DNA of 64,000 nt, from assembly GCA_964057225.1 (NCBI GenBank), contig OZ059897.1:1240001-1304000 (forward strand). The letters are read 5' to 3'. Shown here piece by piece: positions 10,201 to 25,300 of the stretch (position 1 is the first letter of the stretch; every line of letters starts with the position of its first letter). Origin of the DNA: Auanema rhodensis (taxonomy: Eukaryota > Animalia > Nematoda). Under the pieces are notes generated by a model, which was given only the letters and a program-made list of their open reading frames with translations, was not told the origin of the DNA and made no database searches. A program made the translations under genes and the position numbers.

Positions 10201-13009
10201 AATGATGCATTAGTGTATGTTGAGTTTCCATGTACACTCAACATTGCTTCCAAAAACATTTTGACAAAAATTTTCCCGAAAAATTTCAAGATAATTTTAC
10301 AAAAAGTAGATGTTTTTAGATTCCTCTTTTTAAGGCGAAGACGATGGACAATGTTATTCAACGAAAAAATTAATTCTTCAGGGTGAAAATCGAGGATATA
10401 AGTGTGAACTTATATCAATTGATATCTCGGTGCATTTTTAAGCTAGCGCAAATCTGATAACACAGATCGACGCAGCTTAAAAATCCGTTTCGAATGCACT
10501 ATACTACATTGAGAAACGCTCAATACAGAAATTAGTTATGATCGTTTGAAAAATGATGCATTAGTGTATGTTGAGTTTCCATGTACACTCAACATTGCTT
10601 CCAAAAACATTTTGACAAAAATTTTCCCGAAAAATTTCAAGATAATTTTACAAAAACTAGATGTTTTTAGATTCCTTTTTTTAAGGCGAAGACGATGAAC
10701 AATGTTATTCAACGAAAAAATTAATTCTTCAGGGTGAAAATCGAGGATATAAGTGTGAACTTATATCAGTTGATATCTCGGTGAATTTTTAAGCTAGCGC
10801 AAATCTGATAACACAGATCGACGCCGCTCAAAAATACGCATCGAATGCACTATACTACATTGAGAAAAGCTTAATACGAAAATTATTTATGATTGTTTGA
10901 AAAATGATGCATTAGTGTATGTTGAGTTTCCATGTACACTCAACATTGCTTCCAAAAACATTTTGACAAAAATTTTCCCGAAAAATTTCAAGATAATTTT
11001 ACAAAAAGTAGATGTTTTTAGATTTCTTTTTTTGAGGCAAAGACGATGGACAATGTTATTCAACGAAAAAATTAATTCTTCAGGGTGAAAATCGAGGATA
11101 TAAGTGTGAACTTATATCAGTTGATATCTCGGTGCATTTTTAAGCTAGCGCAAATCTGATAACACAGATCGACGCAGCTTAAAAATCCGCATCGAATGCA
11201 CTATACTACATTGAGAAACGTTCAATACAAAAATTATTTATGATTGTTCGAAAAATGATGCATTAGTGTATGTTGAGTTTCCATGTACACTCAACATTGC
11301 TTCCAAAAACATTTTGACAAAAATTTTCCCGAAAAATTTCAAGATAATTTTACAAAAACTAGATGTTTTTAGATTCCTTTTTTTAAGGCGAAGACGATGG
11401 ACAATGTTATTCAACAAAAAAATTAATTCTTCAGGGTGAAAATCGAGGATATAAGTGTGAACTTATATCAATTGATATCTCGGTGCATTTTTAAGCTAGC
11501 GCAAATCTGATAACACAGATCGACGCCGCTCAAAAATACGCATCGAATGCACTATACTACATTGAGAAACGCTCAATACAAAAATTATTTATAATTGTTT
11601 GAAAAAAGATGCATTAGTGTATGTTGAGTTTCCATGTACACTCAACATTGCTTCCAAAAACATTTTGACAAAAATTTTCCCGAAAAATTTCAAGATAATT
11701 TTACAAAAACTAGATGTTTTTAGATTCCTTTTTTTAAGGCGAAGACGATGGACAATGTTATTCAACGAAAAAATTAATTCTTCAGGGTGAAAATCGAGGA
11801 TATAAGTGTGAACTTATATCAGTTGATATCTCGGTGAATTTTTAAGCTAACTCAAATCTGATAACACAGATCGACGCAGCTTAAAAATCCGTTTCGAATG
11901 CATTATACTACATTGAGAAACGCTCAATACAAAAATTATTTATGATTGTTTGAAAAAAGATGCATTAGTGTATGTTGAGTTTCCATGTACACTCAACATT
12001 GCTTCCAAAAACATTTTGACAAAAATTTTCCCGAAAAATTTCAAGATAATTTTACAAAAAGTAGATGTTTTTAGATTCCTTTTTTTAAGGCAAAGACGAT
12101 GGTAAATGTTATTCAACGAAAAAATTAATTCTTCAGGGTGAAAATCGAGGATATAAGTGTGAACTTATATCAGTTGATATCTCGGTGAATTTTTAAGCTA
12201 GCGCAAATCTGACAACACAGATCGACGCAGTTTAAAAATCCGCATCGAATACACTATACTACATTGAGAAACGTTCAATACAAAAATTATTTATGATTGT
12301 TCGAAAAATGATGCATTAGTGTATGTTGAGTTTCCATGTACACTCAACATTGCTTCCAAAAACATTTTGACAAAAATTTTCCCGAAAAATTTCAAGTCAA
12401 TTTAACAAAGAGTAGATGTTTTTAGATTCTTTTTTTTAAGGCGAAGACGATGGACAATGTTATTCAACGAAAAAATTAATTCTTCAGGGTGAAAATCGAG
12501 GATATAAGTGTGAACTTATATCAGTTGATATCTCGGTGAGTTTTTAAGCTAGCGCAAATCTGACAACACAGATCGACGCAGCTTAAAAATCCGCATCGAA
12601 TGCATTATACTAAATTGAGAAAAGCTTAATACGAAAATTATTTATGATTGTTTGAAAAATGATGCATTAGTGTATGTTGAGTTTCCATGTACACTCAACA
12701 TTGCTTCCAAAAACATTTTGACAAAAATTTTCCCGAAAAATTTCAAGATAATTTCACGAAAAGTAGATGTTTTTAGATTCCTTTTTTTAAGGCAAAGACG
12801 ATGGTAAATGTTATTCAACGAAAAAATTAATTCTTCAGGGTGAAAATCGAGGATATAAGTGTGAACTTATATCAGTTGATATCTCGGTGCATTTTTAAGC
12901 TAGCGCAAATCTGATAACACAGATCGACGCAGCTTAAAAATCCGCATCGAATACACTATACTACATTGAGAAACGTTCAATACAAAAATTATTTATGATT
13001 GTTCGAAAA

Positions 13010-16000
13010 ATGATGCATTAGTGTATGTTGAGTTTCCATGTACACTCAACATTGCTTCCAAAAACATTTTGACAAAAATTTTCCCGAAAAATTTCAAGAT
13101 AATTTAACAAAGAGTAGATGTTTTTAGATTCTTTTTTTTAAGGCGAAGACGATGGACAATGTTATTCAACGAAAAAATTAATTCTTCAGGGTGAAAATCG
13201 AGGATATAAGTGTGAACTTATATCAGTTGATATCTCGGTGAGTTTTTAAGCTAGCGCAAATCTGACAACACAGATCGACGCAGCTTAAAAATCCGCATCG
13301 AATGCATTATACTACATTGAGAAAAGCTTAATACGAAAATTATTTATGATTGTTTGAAAAATGATGCATTAGTGTATGTTGAGTTTCCATGTACACTCAA
13401 CATTGCTTCCAAAAACATTTTGACAAAAATTTTCCCGAAAAATTTCAAGATAATTTCACGAAAAGTAGATGTTTTTAGATTCCTTTTTTTAAGGCAAAGA
13501 CGATGGTAAATGTTATTCAACGAAAAAATTAATTCTTCAGGGTGAAAATCGAGGATATAAGTGTGAACTTATATCAGTTGATATCTCGGTGCATTTTTAA
13601 GCTAGCGCAAATCTGATAACACAGATCGACGCAGCTTAAAAATCCGTTTCGAATGCACTATACTACATTGAGAAACGCTCAATACAAAAATTAGTTATGA
13701 TTGTTCGAAAAATGATGCATTAGTGTATGTTGAGTTTCCATGTACACTCAACATTGCTTCCAAAAACATTTTGACAAAAATTTTCCCGAAAAATTTCAAG
13801 ATAATTTAACAAAGAGTAGATGTTTTTAGATTTCTTTTTTTAAGGCGAAGACGATGGACAATGTTATTCAACGAAAAAATTAATTCTTCAGGGTGAAAAT
13901 CGAGGATTTAAGTGTGAACTTATATCAGTTGATATCTCGGTGAATTTTTAAGCTAGCGCAAATCTGATAACACAGATCGACGCAGCTTAAAAATCCGCAT
14001 CGAATGCATTATACTACATTGAAAAACGCTCAATACAAAAATAATTTATGATTGTTTGAAAAAAGATGCATTAGTGTATGTTGAGTTTCCATGTACACTC
14101 AACATTGCTTCCAAAAACATTTTGACAAAAATTTTCCCGAAAAATTTCAAGATAATTTCACGAAAAGTAGATGTTTTTAGATTCCTTTTTTTAAGGCAAA
14201 GACGATGGTAAATGTTATTCAACGAAAAAATTAATTCTTCAGGGTGAAAATCGAGGATATAAGTGTGAACTTATATCAGTTGATATCTCGGTGCATTTTT
14301 AAGCTAGCGCAAATCTGATAACACAGATCGACGCAGCTTAAAAATCCGTTTCGAATGCACTATACTACATTGAGAAACGCTCAATACAAAAATAATTTAT
14401 GATTGTTCGAAAAATGATGCATTAGTGTATGTTGAGTTTCCATGTACACTCAACATTGCTTCCAAAAACATTTTGACAAAAATTTTCCCGAAAAATTTCA
14501 AGATAATTTAACAAAGAGTAGATGTTTTTAGATTTCTTTTTTTAAGGCGAAGACGATGGACAATGTTATTCAACGAAAAAATTAATTCTTCAGGGTGAAA
14601 ATCGAGGATTTAAGTGTGAACTTATATCAGTTGATATCTCGGTGAATTTTTAAGCTAGCGCAAATCTGATAACACAGATCGACGCAGCTTAAAAATCCGC
14701 ATCGAATGCATTATACTACATTGAAAAACGCTCAATACAAAAATAATTTATGATTGTTTGAAAAAAGATGCATTAGTGTATGTTGAGTTTCCATGTACAC
14801 TCAACATTGCTTCCAAAAACATTTTGACAAAAATTTTCCCGAAAAATTTCAAGATAATTTTACAAAAAGTAGATGTTTTTGAATTTCTTTTTTTAAGGCG
14901 AAAACGATGGACAATGTTATTCAACGAAAAAATTAATTCTTCAGGGTGAAAATCGAGGATATAAGTGTGAACTTATATCAATTGATATCTCGGTGCATTT
15001 TTAAGCTAACTCAAATCTGATAACACAGATCGACGCAGCTTAAAAATCCGTTTCGAATGCACTATACTACATTGAGAAACGCTCAATACAAAAATTATTT
15101 ATGATTGTTTGAAAAATGATGCATTAGTGTATGTTGAGTTTCCATGTACACTCAACATTGCTTCCAAAAACATTTTGACAAAAATTTTCCCGAAAAATTT
15201 CAAGATAATTTTACAAAAAGTAGATGTTTTTAGATTCCTCTTTTTAAGGCGAAGACGATGGACAATGTTATTCAACGAAAAAATTAATTCTTCAGGGTGA
15301 AAATCGAGGATATAAGTGTGAACTTATATCAGTTGATATCTCGGTGCATTTTTAAGTTAGCGCAAATCTGATAACACAGATCGACGCAGCTTAAAAATCC
15401 GCATCGAATGCATTATACTACATTGAAAAACGCTCAATACAAAAATAATTTATGATTGTTTGAAAAAAGATGCATTAGTGTATGTTGAGTTTCCATGTAC
15501 ACTCAACATTGCTTCCAAAAACATTTTGACAAAAATTTTCCCGAAAAATTTCAAGATAATTTTACAAAAAGTAGATGTTTTTGAATTTCTTTTTTTAAGG
15601 CGAAAACGATGGACAATGTTATTCAACGAAAAAATTAATTCTTCAGGGTGAAAATCGAGGATATAAGTGTGAACTTATATCAATTGATATCTCGGTGCAT
15701 TTTTAAGCTAACTCAAATCTGATAACACAGATCGACGCAGCTTAAAAATCCGTTTCGAATGCACTATACTACATTGAGAAACGCTCAATACAAAAATTAT
15801 TTATGATTGTTTGAAAAATGATGCATTAGTGTATGTTGAGTTTCCATGTACACTCAACATGGCTTCCAAAAACATTTTGACAAAAATTTTCCCGAAAAAT
15901 TTCAAGATAATTTTACAAAAAGTAGATGTTTTTAGATTCCTCTTTTTAAGGCGAAGACGATGGACAATGTTATTCAACGAAAAAATTAATTCTTCAGGGT

Positions 16001-19000
16001 GAAAATCGAGGATATAAGTGTGAACTTATATCAATTGATATCTCGGTGCATTTTTAAGCTAGCGCAAATCTGATAACACAGATCGACGCAGCTTAAAAAT
16101 CCGTTTCGAATGCACTATACTACATTGAGAAACGCTCAATACAAAAGTATTTATGATTGTTTGAAAAAAGATGCATTAGTGTATGTTGAGTTTCCATGTA
16201 CACTCAACATTGCTTCCAAAAACATTTTGACAAAAATTTTCCCGAAAAATTTCAAGATAATTTAACAAAGAGTAGATGTTTTTAGATTCTTTTTTTTAAG
16301 GCGAAGACGATGGACAATGTTATTCAACGAAAAAATTAATTCTTCAGGGTGAAAATCGAGGATATAAGTGTGAACTTATATCAGTTGATATCTCGGTGAG
16401 TTTTTAAGCTAGCGCAAATCTGACAACACAGATCGACGCAGCTTAAAAATCCGCATCGAATGCATTATACTACATTGAGAAAAGCTTAATACGAAAATTA
16501 TTTATGATTGTTTGAAAAATGATGCATTAGTGTATGTTGAGTTTCCATGTACACTCAACATTGCTTCCAAAAACATTTTGACAAAAATTTTCCCGAAAAA
16601 TTTCAAGATAATTTCACGAAAAGTAGATGTTTTTAGATTCCTTTTTTTAAGGCAAAGACGATGGTAAATGTTATTCAACGAAAAAATTAATTCTTCAGGG
16701 TGAAAATCGAGGATATAAGTGTGAACTTATATCAGTTGATATCTCGGTGCATTTTTAAGCTAGCGCAAATCTGATAACACAGATCGACGCAGCTTAAAAA
16801 TCCGTTTCGAATGCACTATACTACATTGAGAAACGCTCAATACAAAAATTAGTTATGATTGTTCGAAAAATGATGCATTAGTGTATGTTGAGTTTCCATG
16901 TACACTCAACATTGCTTCCAAAAACATTTTGACAAAAATTTTCCCGAAAAATTTCAAGATAATTTAACAAAGAGTAGATGTTTTTAGATTTCTTTTTTTA
17001 AGGCGAAGACGATGGACAATGTTATTCAACGAAAAAATTAATTCTTCAGGGTGAAAATCGAGGATTTAAGTGTGAACTTATATCAGTTGATATCTCGGTG
17101 AATTTTTAAGCTAGCGCAAATCTGATAACACAGATCGACGCAGCTTAAAAATCCGCATCGAATGCATTATACTACATTGAAAAACGCTCAATACAAAAAT
17201 AATTTATGATTGTTTGAAAAAAGATGCATTAGTGTATGTTGAGTTTCCATGTACACTCAACATTGCTTCCAAAAACATTTTGACAAAAATTTTCCCGAAA
17301 AATTTCAAGATAATTTCACGAAAAGTAGATGTTTTTAGATTCCTTTTTTTAAGGCAAAGACGATGGTAAATGTTATTCAACGAAAAAATTAATTCTTCAG
17401 GGTGAAAATCGAGGATATAAGTGTGAACTTATATCAGTTGATATCTCGGTGCATTTTTAAGCTAGCGCAAATCTGATAACACAGATCGACGCAGCTTAAA
17501 AATCCGTTTCGAATGCACTATACTACATTGAGAAACGCTCAATACAAAAATAATTTATGATTGTTCGAAAAATGATGCATTAGTGTATGTTGAGTTTCCA
17601 TGTACACTCAACATTGCTTCCAAAAACATTTTGACAAAAATTTTCCCGAAAAATTTCAAGATAATTTAACAAAGAGTAGATGTTTTTAGATTTCTTTTTT
17701 TAAGGCGAAGACGATGGACAATGTTATTCAACGAAAAAATTAATTCTTCAGGGTGAAAATCGAGGATTTAAGTGTGAACTTATATCAGTTGATATCTCGG
17801 TGAATTTTTAAGCTAGCGCAAATCTGATAACACAGATCGACGCAGCTTAAAAATCCGCATCGAATGCATTATACTACATTGAAAAACGCTCAATACAAAA
17901 ATAATTTATGATTGTTTGAAAAAAGATGCATTAGTGTATGTTGAGTTTCCATGTACACTCAACATTGCTTCCAAAAACATTTTGACAAAAATTTTCCCGA
18001 AAAATTTCAAGATAATTTTACAAAAAGTAGATGTTCTTGAATTTCTTTTTTTAAGGCGAAAACGATGGACAATGTTATTCAACGAAAAAATTAATTCTTC
18101 AGGGTGAAAATCGAGGATATAAGTGTGAACTTATATCAATTGATATCTCGGTGCATTTTTAAGCTAACTCAAATCTGATAACACAGATCGACGCAGCTTA
18201 AAAATCCGTTTCGAATGCACTATACTACATTGAGAAACGCTCAATACAAAAATTATTTATGATTGTTTGAAAAATGATGCATTAGTGTATGTTGAGTTTC
18301 CATGTACACTCAACATTGCTTCCAAAAACATTTTGACAAAAATTTTCCCGAAAAATTTCAAGATAATTTTACAAAAAGTAGATGTTTTTAGATTCCTCTT
18401 TTTAAGGCGAAGACGATGGACAATGTTATTCAACGAAAAAATTAATTCTTCAGGGTGAAAATCGAGGATATAAGTGTGAACTTATATCAGTTGATATCTC
18501 GGTGCATTTTTAAGCTAGCGCAAATCTGATAACACAGATCGACGCAGCTTAAAAATCCGCATCGAATGCATTATACTACATTGAAAAACGCTCAATACAA
18601 AAATAATTTATGATTGTTTGAAAAAAGATGCATTAGTGTATGTTGAGTTTCCATGTACACTCAACATTGCTTCCAAAAACATTTTGACAAAAATTTTCCC
18701 GAAAAATTTCAAGATAATTTTACAAAAAGTAGATGTTTTTGAATTTCTTTTTTTAAGGCGAAAACGATGGACAATGTTATTCAACGAAAAAATTAATTCT
18801 TCAGGGTGAAAATCGAGGATATAAGTGTGAACTTATATCAATTGATATCTCGGTGCATTTTTAAGCTAACTCAAATCTGATAACACAGATCGACGCAGCT
18901 TAAAAATCCGTTTCGAATGCACTATACTACATTGAGAAACGCTCAATACAAAAATTATTTATGATTGTTTGAAAAATGATGCATTAGTGTATGTTGAGTT

Positions 19001-19300
19001 TCCATGTACACTCAACATTGCTTCCAAAAACATTTTGACAAAAATTTTCCCGAAAAATTTCAAGATAATTTTACAAAAAGTAGATGTTTTTAGATTCCTC
19101 TTTTTAAGGCGAAGACGATGGACAATGTTATTCAACGAAAAAATTAATTCTTCAGGGTGAAAATCGAGGATATAAGTGTGAACTTATATCAATTGATATC
19201 TCGGTGCATTTTTAAGCTAGCGCAAATCTGATAACACAGATCGACGCAGCTTAAAAATCCGTTTCGAATGCACTATACTACATTGAGAAACGCTCAATAC
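13010..19300 (+). repeat. Sat351 tandem duplication of a 9-monomer block (shift 3158 bp)
   Basis: The variant series at 14758/15109/15460/15811 recurs at 17916/18267/18618/18969. TTTAACAAAGAG...GGTGAGTTTT...CTGACAAC at ~13103 recurs at 16261. Boundaries are approximate. Confidence 0.85.
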
Positions 19301-22300
19301 AGAAATTAGTTATGATCGTTTGAAAAATGATGCATTAGTGTATGTTGAGTTTCCATGTACACTCAACATTGCTTCCAAAAACATTTTGACAAAAATTTTC
19401 CCGAAAAATTTCAAGATAATTTTACAAAAACTAGATGTTTTTAGATTCCTTTTTTTAAGGCGAAGACGATGGACAATGTTATTCAACGAAAAAATTAATT
19501 CTTCAGGGTGAAAATCGAGGATATAAGTGTGAACTTATATCAGTTGATATCTCGGTGAATTTTTAAGCTAGCGCAAATCTGATAACACAGATCGACGCCG
19601 CTCAAAAATACGCATCGAATGCACTATACTACATTGAGAAAAGCTTAATACGAAAATTATTTATGATTGTTTGAAAAATGATGCATTAGTGTATGTTGAG
19701 TTTCCATGTACACTCAACATTGCTTCCAAAAACATTTTGACAAAAATTTTCCCGAAAAATTTCAAGATAATTTTACAAAAAGTAGATGTTTTTAGATTTC
19801 TTTTTTTGAGGCAAAGACGATGGACAATGTTATTCAACGAAAAAATTAATTCTTCAGGGTGAAAATCGAGGATATAAGTGTGAACTTATATCAGTTGATA
19901 TCTCGGTGCATTTTTAAGCTAGCGCAAATCTGATAACACAGATCGACGCAGCTTAAAAATCCGCATCGAATGCACTATACTACATTGAGAAACGTTCAAT
20001 ACAAAAATTATTTATGATTGTTCGAAAAATGATGCATTAGTGTATGTTGAGTTTCCATGTACACTCAACATTGCTTCCAAAAACATTTTGACAAAAATTT
20101 TCCCGAAAAATTTCAAGATAATTTTACAAAAACTAGATGTTTTTAGATTCCTTTTTTTAAGGCGAAGACGATGGACAATGTTATTCAACAAAAAAATTAA
20201 TTCTTCAGGGTGAAAATCGAGGATATAAGTGTGAACTTATATCAGTTGATATCTCGGTGCATTTTTAAGCTAGCGCAAATCTAATAACAAAGATCGACGC
20301 AGCTTAAAAATCCGTTTCGAATGCACTATACTACATTGAGAAACGCTCAATACAAAAATTATTTATGATTGTTTGAAAAAAGATGCATTAGTGTATGTTG
20401 AGTTTCCATGTACACTCAACATTGCTTCCAAAAACATTTTGACAAAAATTTTCCCGAAAAATTTCAAGATAATTTTACAAAAAGTAGATGTTTTTAGATT
20501 CCTTTTTTTAAGGCAAAGACGATGGTAAATGTTATTCAACGAAAAAATTAATTCTTCAGGGTGAAAATCGAGGATATAAGTGTGAACTTATATCAGTTGA
20601 TATCTCGGTGCATTTTTAAGCTAGCGCAAATCTGATAACACAGATCGACGCAGCTTAAAAATCCGCATCGAATGCACTATACTACATTGAGAAACGTTCA
20701 ATACAAAAATTATTTATGATTGTTCGAAAAATGATGCATTAGTGTATGTTGAGTTTCCATGTACACTCAACATTGCTTCCAAAAACATTTTGACAAAAAT
20801 TTTCCCGAAAAATTTCAAGATAATTTTACGAAAAGTAGATGTTTTTAGATTTCTTTTTTTAAGGCGAAGACGATGGACAATGTTATTCAACGAAAAAATT
20901 AATTCTTCAGGGTGAAAATCGAGGATATAAGTGTGAACTTATATCAGTTGATATCTCGGTGAATTTTTAAGCTAGCGCAAATCTGACAACACAGATCGAC
21001 GCAGTTTAAAAATCCGCATCGAATACACTATACTACATTGAGAAACGTTCAATACAAAAATTATTTATGATTGTTCGAAAAATGATGCATTAGTGTATGT
21101 TGAGTTTCCATGTACACTCAACATTGCTTCCAAAAACATTTTGACAAAAATTTTCCCGAAAAATTTCAAGATAATTTAACAAAGAGTAGATGTTTTTAGA
21201 TTTCTTTTTTTAAGGCGAAGACGATGGACAATGTTATTCAACGAAAAAATTAATTCTTCAGGGTGAAAATCGAGGATATAAGTGTGAACTTATATCAGTT
21301 GATATCTCGGTGAATTTTTAAGCTAGCGCAAATCTGACAACACAGATCGACGCAGTTTAAAAATCCGCATCGAATACACTATACTACATTGAGAAACGTT
21401 CAATACAAAAATTATTTATGATTGTTCGAAAAATGATGCATTAGTGTATGTTGAGTTTCCATGTACACTCAACATTGCTTCCAAAAACATTTTGACAAAA
21501 ATTTTCCCGAAAAATTTCAAGATAATTTAACAAAGAGTAGATGTTTTTAGATTCTTTTTTTTAAGGCGAAGACGATGGACAATGTTATTCAACGAAAAAA
21601 TTAATTCTTCAGGGTGAAAATCGAGGATATAAGTGTGAACTTATATCAGTTGATATCTCGGTGAGTTTTTAAGCTAGCGCAAATCTGACAACACAGATCG
21701 ACGCAGTTTAAAAATCCGCATCGAATACACTATACTACATTGAGAAACGTTCAATACAAAAATTATTTATGATTGTTCGAAAAATGATGCATTAGTGTAT
21801 GTTGAGTTTCCATGTACACTCAACATTGCTTCCAAAAACATTTTGACAAAAATTTTCCCGAAAAATTTCAAGATAATTTTACAAAAACTAGATGTTTTTA
21901 GATTCCTTTTTTTAAGGCGAAGACGATGGACAATGTTATTCAACAAAAAAATTAATTCTTCAGGGTGAAAATCGAGGATATAAGTGTGAACTTATATCAA
22001 TTGATATCTCGGTGCATTTTTAAGCTAGCGCAAATCTGATAACACAGATCGACGCCGCTCAAAAATACGCATCGAATGCACTATACTACATTGAGAAACG
22101 CTCAATACAAAAATTATTTATAATTGTTTGAAAAAAGATGCATTAGTGTATGTTGAGTTTCCATGTACACTCAACATTGCTTCCAAAAACATTTTGACAA
22201 AAATTTTCCCGAAAAATTTCAAGATAATTTTACAAAAACTAGATGTTTTTAGATTCCTTTTTTTAAGGCGAAGACGATGGACAATGTTATTCAACAAAAA

Positions 22301-25300
22301 AATTAATTCTTCAGGGTGAAAATCGAGGATATAAGTGTGAACTTATATCAGTTGATATCTCGGTGCATTTTTAAGCTAGCGCAAATCTAATAACAAAGAT
22401 CGACGCAGCTTAAAAATCCGTTTCGAATGCACTATACTACATTGAGAAACGCTCAATACAAAAATTATTTATGATTGTTTGAAAAAAGATGCATTAGTGT
22501 ATGTTGAGTTTCCATGTACACTCAACATTGCTTCCAAAAACATTTTGACAAAAATTTTCCCGAAAAATTTCAAGATAATTTTACAAAAACTAGATGTTTT
22601 TAGATTCCTTTTTTTAAGGCGAAGACGATGGACAATGTTATTCAACGAAAAAATTAATTCTTCAGGGTGAAAATCGAGGATATAAGTGTGAACTTATATC
22701 AGTTGATATCTCGGTGAATTTTTAAGCTAACTCAAATCTGATAACACAGATCGACGCAGCTTAAAAATCCGTTTCGAATGCATTATACTACATTGAGAAA
22801 CGCTCAATACAAAAATTATTTATGATTGTTTGAAAAAAGATGCATTAGTGTATGTTGAGTTTCCATGTACACTCAACATTGCTTCCAAAAACATTTTGAC
22901 AAAAATTTTCCCGAAAAATTTCAAGATAATTTTACAAAAAGTAGATGTTTTTAGATTCCTTTTTTTAAGGCAAAGACGATGGTAAATGTTATTCAACGAA
23001 AAAAGTAATTCTTCAGGGTGAAAATCGAGGATATAAGTGTGAACTTATATCAGTTGATATCTCGCTGCATTTTTAAGCTAGCGCAAATCTGATAACACAG
23101 ATCGACGCAGCTTAAAAATCCGCATCGAATGCACTATACTACATTGAGAAACGTTCAATACAAAAATTATTTATGATTGTTCGAAAAATGATGCATTAGT
23201 GTATGTTGAGTTTCCATGTACACTCAACATTGCTTCCAAAAACATTTTGACAAAAATTTTCCCGAAAAATTTCAAGATAATTTTACAAAAAGTAGATGTT
23301 TTTAGATTCCTTTTTTTAAGGCAAAGACGATGGTAAATGTTATTCAACGAAAAAATTAATTCTTCAGGGTGAAAATCGAGGATATAAGTGTGAACTTATA
23401 TCAGTTGATATCTCGCTGCATTTTTAAGCTAGCGCAAATCTGATAACACAGATCGACGCAGCTTAAAAATCCGCATCGAATGCACTATACTACATTGAGA
23501 AACGTTCAATACAAAAATTATTTATGATTGTTCGAAAAATGATGCATTAGTGTATGTTGAGTTTCCATGTACACTCAACATTGCTTCCAAAAACATTTTG
23601 ACAAAAATTTTCCCGAAAAATTTCAAGATAATTTTACGAAAAGTAGATGTTTTTAGATTTCTTTTTTTAAGGCGAAGACGATGGACAATGTTATTCAACG
23701 AAAAAATTAATTCTTCAGGGTGAAAATCGAGGATATAAGTGTGAACTTATATCAGTTGATATCTCGGTGAATTTTTAAGCTAGCGCAAATCTGACAACAC
23801 AGATCGACGCAGTTTAAAAATCCGCATCGAATACACTATACTACATTGAGAAACGTTCAATACAAAAATTATTTATGATTGTTCGAAAAATGATGCATTA
23901 GTGTATGTTGAGTTTCCATGTACACTCAACATTGCTTCCAAAAACATTTTGACAAAAATTTTCCCGAAAAATTTCAAGATAATTTCACGAAAAGTAGATG
24001 TTTTTAGATTCCTTTTTTTAAGGCAAAGACGATGGTAAATGTTATTCAACGAAAAAATTAATTCTTCAGGGTGAAAATCGAGGATATAAGTGTGAACTTA
24101 TATCAGTTGATATCTCGGTGCATTTTTAAGCTAGCGCAAATCTGATAACACAGATCGACGCAGCTTAAAAATCCGTTTCGAATGCACTATACTACATTGA
24201 GAAACGCTCAATACAAAAATAATTTATGATTGTTCGAAAAATGATGCATTAGTGTATGTTGAGTTTCCATGTACACTCAACATTGCTTCCAAAAACATTT
24301 TGACAAAAATTTTCCCGAAAAATTTCAAGATAATTTAACAAAGAGTAGATGTTTTTAGATTTCTTTTTTTAAGGCGAAGACGATGGACAATGTTATTCAA
24401 CGAAAAAATTAATTCTTCAGGGTGAAAATCGAGGATTTAAGTGTGAACTTATATCAGTTGATATCTCGGTGAATTTTTAAGCTAGCGCAAATCTGATAAC
24501 ACAGATCGACGCAGCTTAAAAATCCGCATCGAATGCATTATACTACATTGAAAAACGCTCAATACAAAAATAATTTATGATTGTTTGAAAAAAGATGCAT
24601 TAGTGTATGTTGAGTTTCCATGTACACTCAACATTGCTTCCAAAAACATTTTGACAAAAATTTTCCCGAAAAATTTCAAGATAATTTTACAAAAAGTAGA
24701 TGTTTTTGAATTTCTTTTTTTAAGGCGAAAACGATGGACAATGTTATTCAACGAAAAAATTAATTCTTCAGGGTGAAAATCGAGGATATAAGTGTGAACT
24801 TATATCAATTGATATCTCGGTGCATTTTTAAGCTAACTCAAATCTGATAACACAGATCGACGCAGCTTAAAAATCCGTTTCGAATGCACTATACTACATT
24901 GAGAAACGCTCAATACAAAAATTATTTATGATTGTTTGAAAAATGATGCATTAGTGTATGTTGAGTTTCCATGTACACTCAACATTGCTTCCAAAAACAT
25001 TTTGACAAAAATTTTCCCGAAAAATTTCAAGATAATTTTACAAAAAGTAGATGTTTTTAGATTCCTCTTTTTAAGGCGAAGACGATGGACAATGTTATTC
25101 AACGAAAAAATTAATTCTTCAGGGTGAAAATCGAGGATATAAGTGTGAACTTATATCAATTGATATCTCGGTGCATTTTTAAGCTAGCGCAAATCTGATA
25201 ACACAGATCGACGCAGCTTAAAAATCCGTTTCGAATGCACTATACTACATTGAGAAACGCTCAATACAGAAATTAGTTATGATCGTTTGAAAAATGATGC

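Noticed and set aside
11130-11194. Compensatory base-pair covariation in the large hairpin
   Set aside because: Common variants (AGCG>AACT, CTGA>CTAA, GCAGCTT>GCCGCTC) disrupt pairs with no visible partner change, so the sequence gives no evidence of selection on RNA structure.
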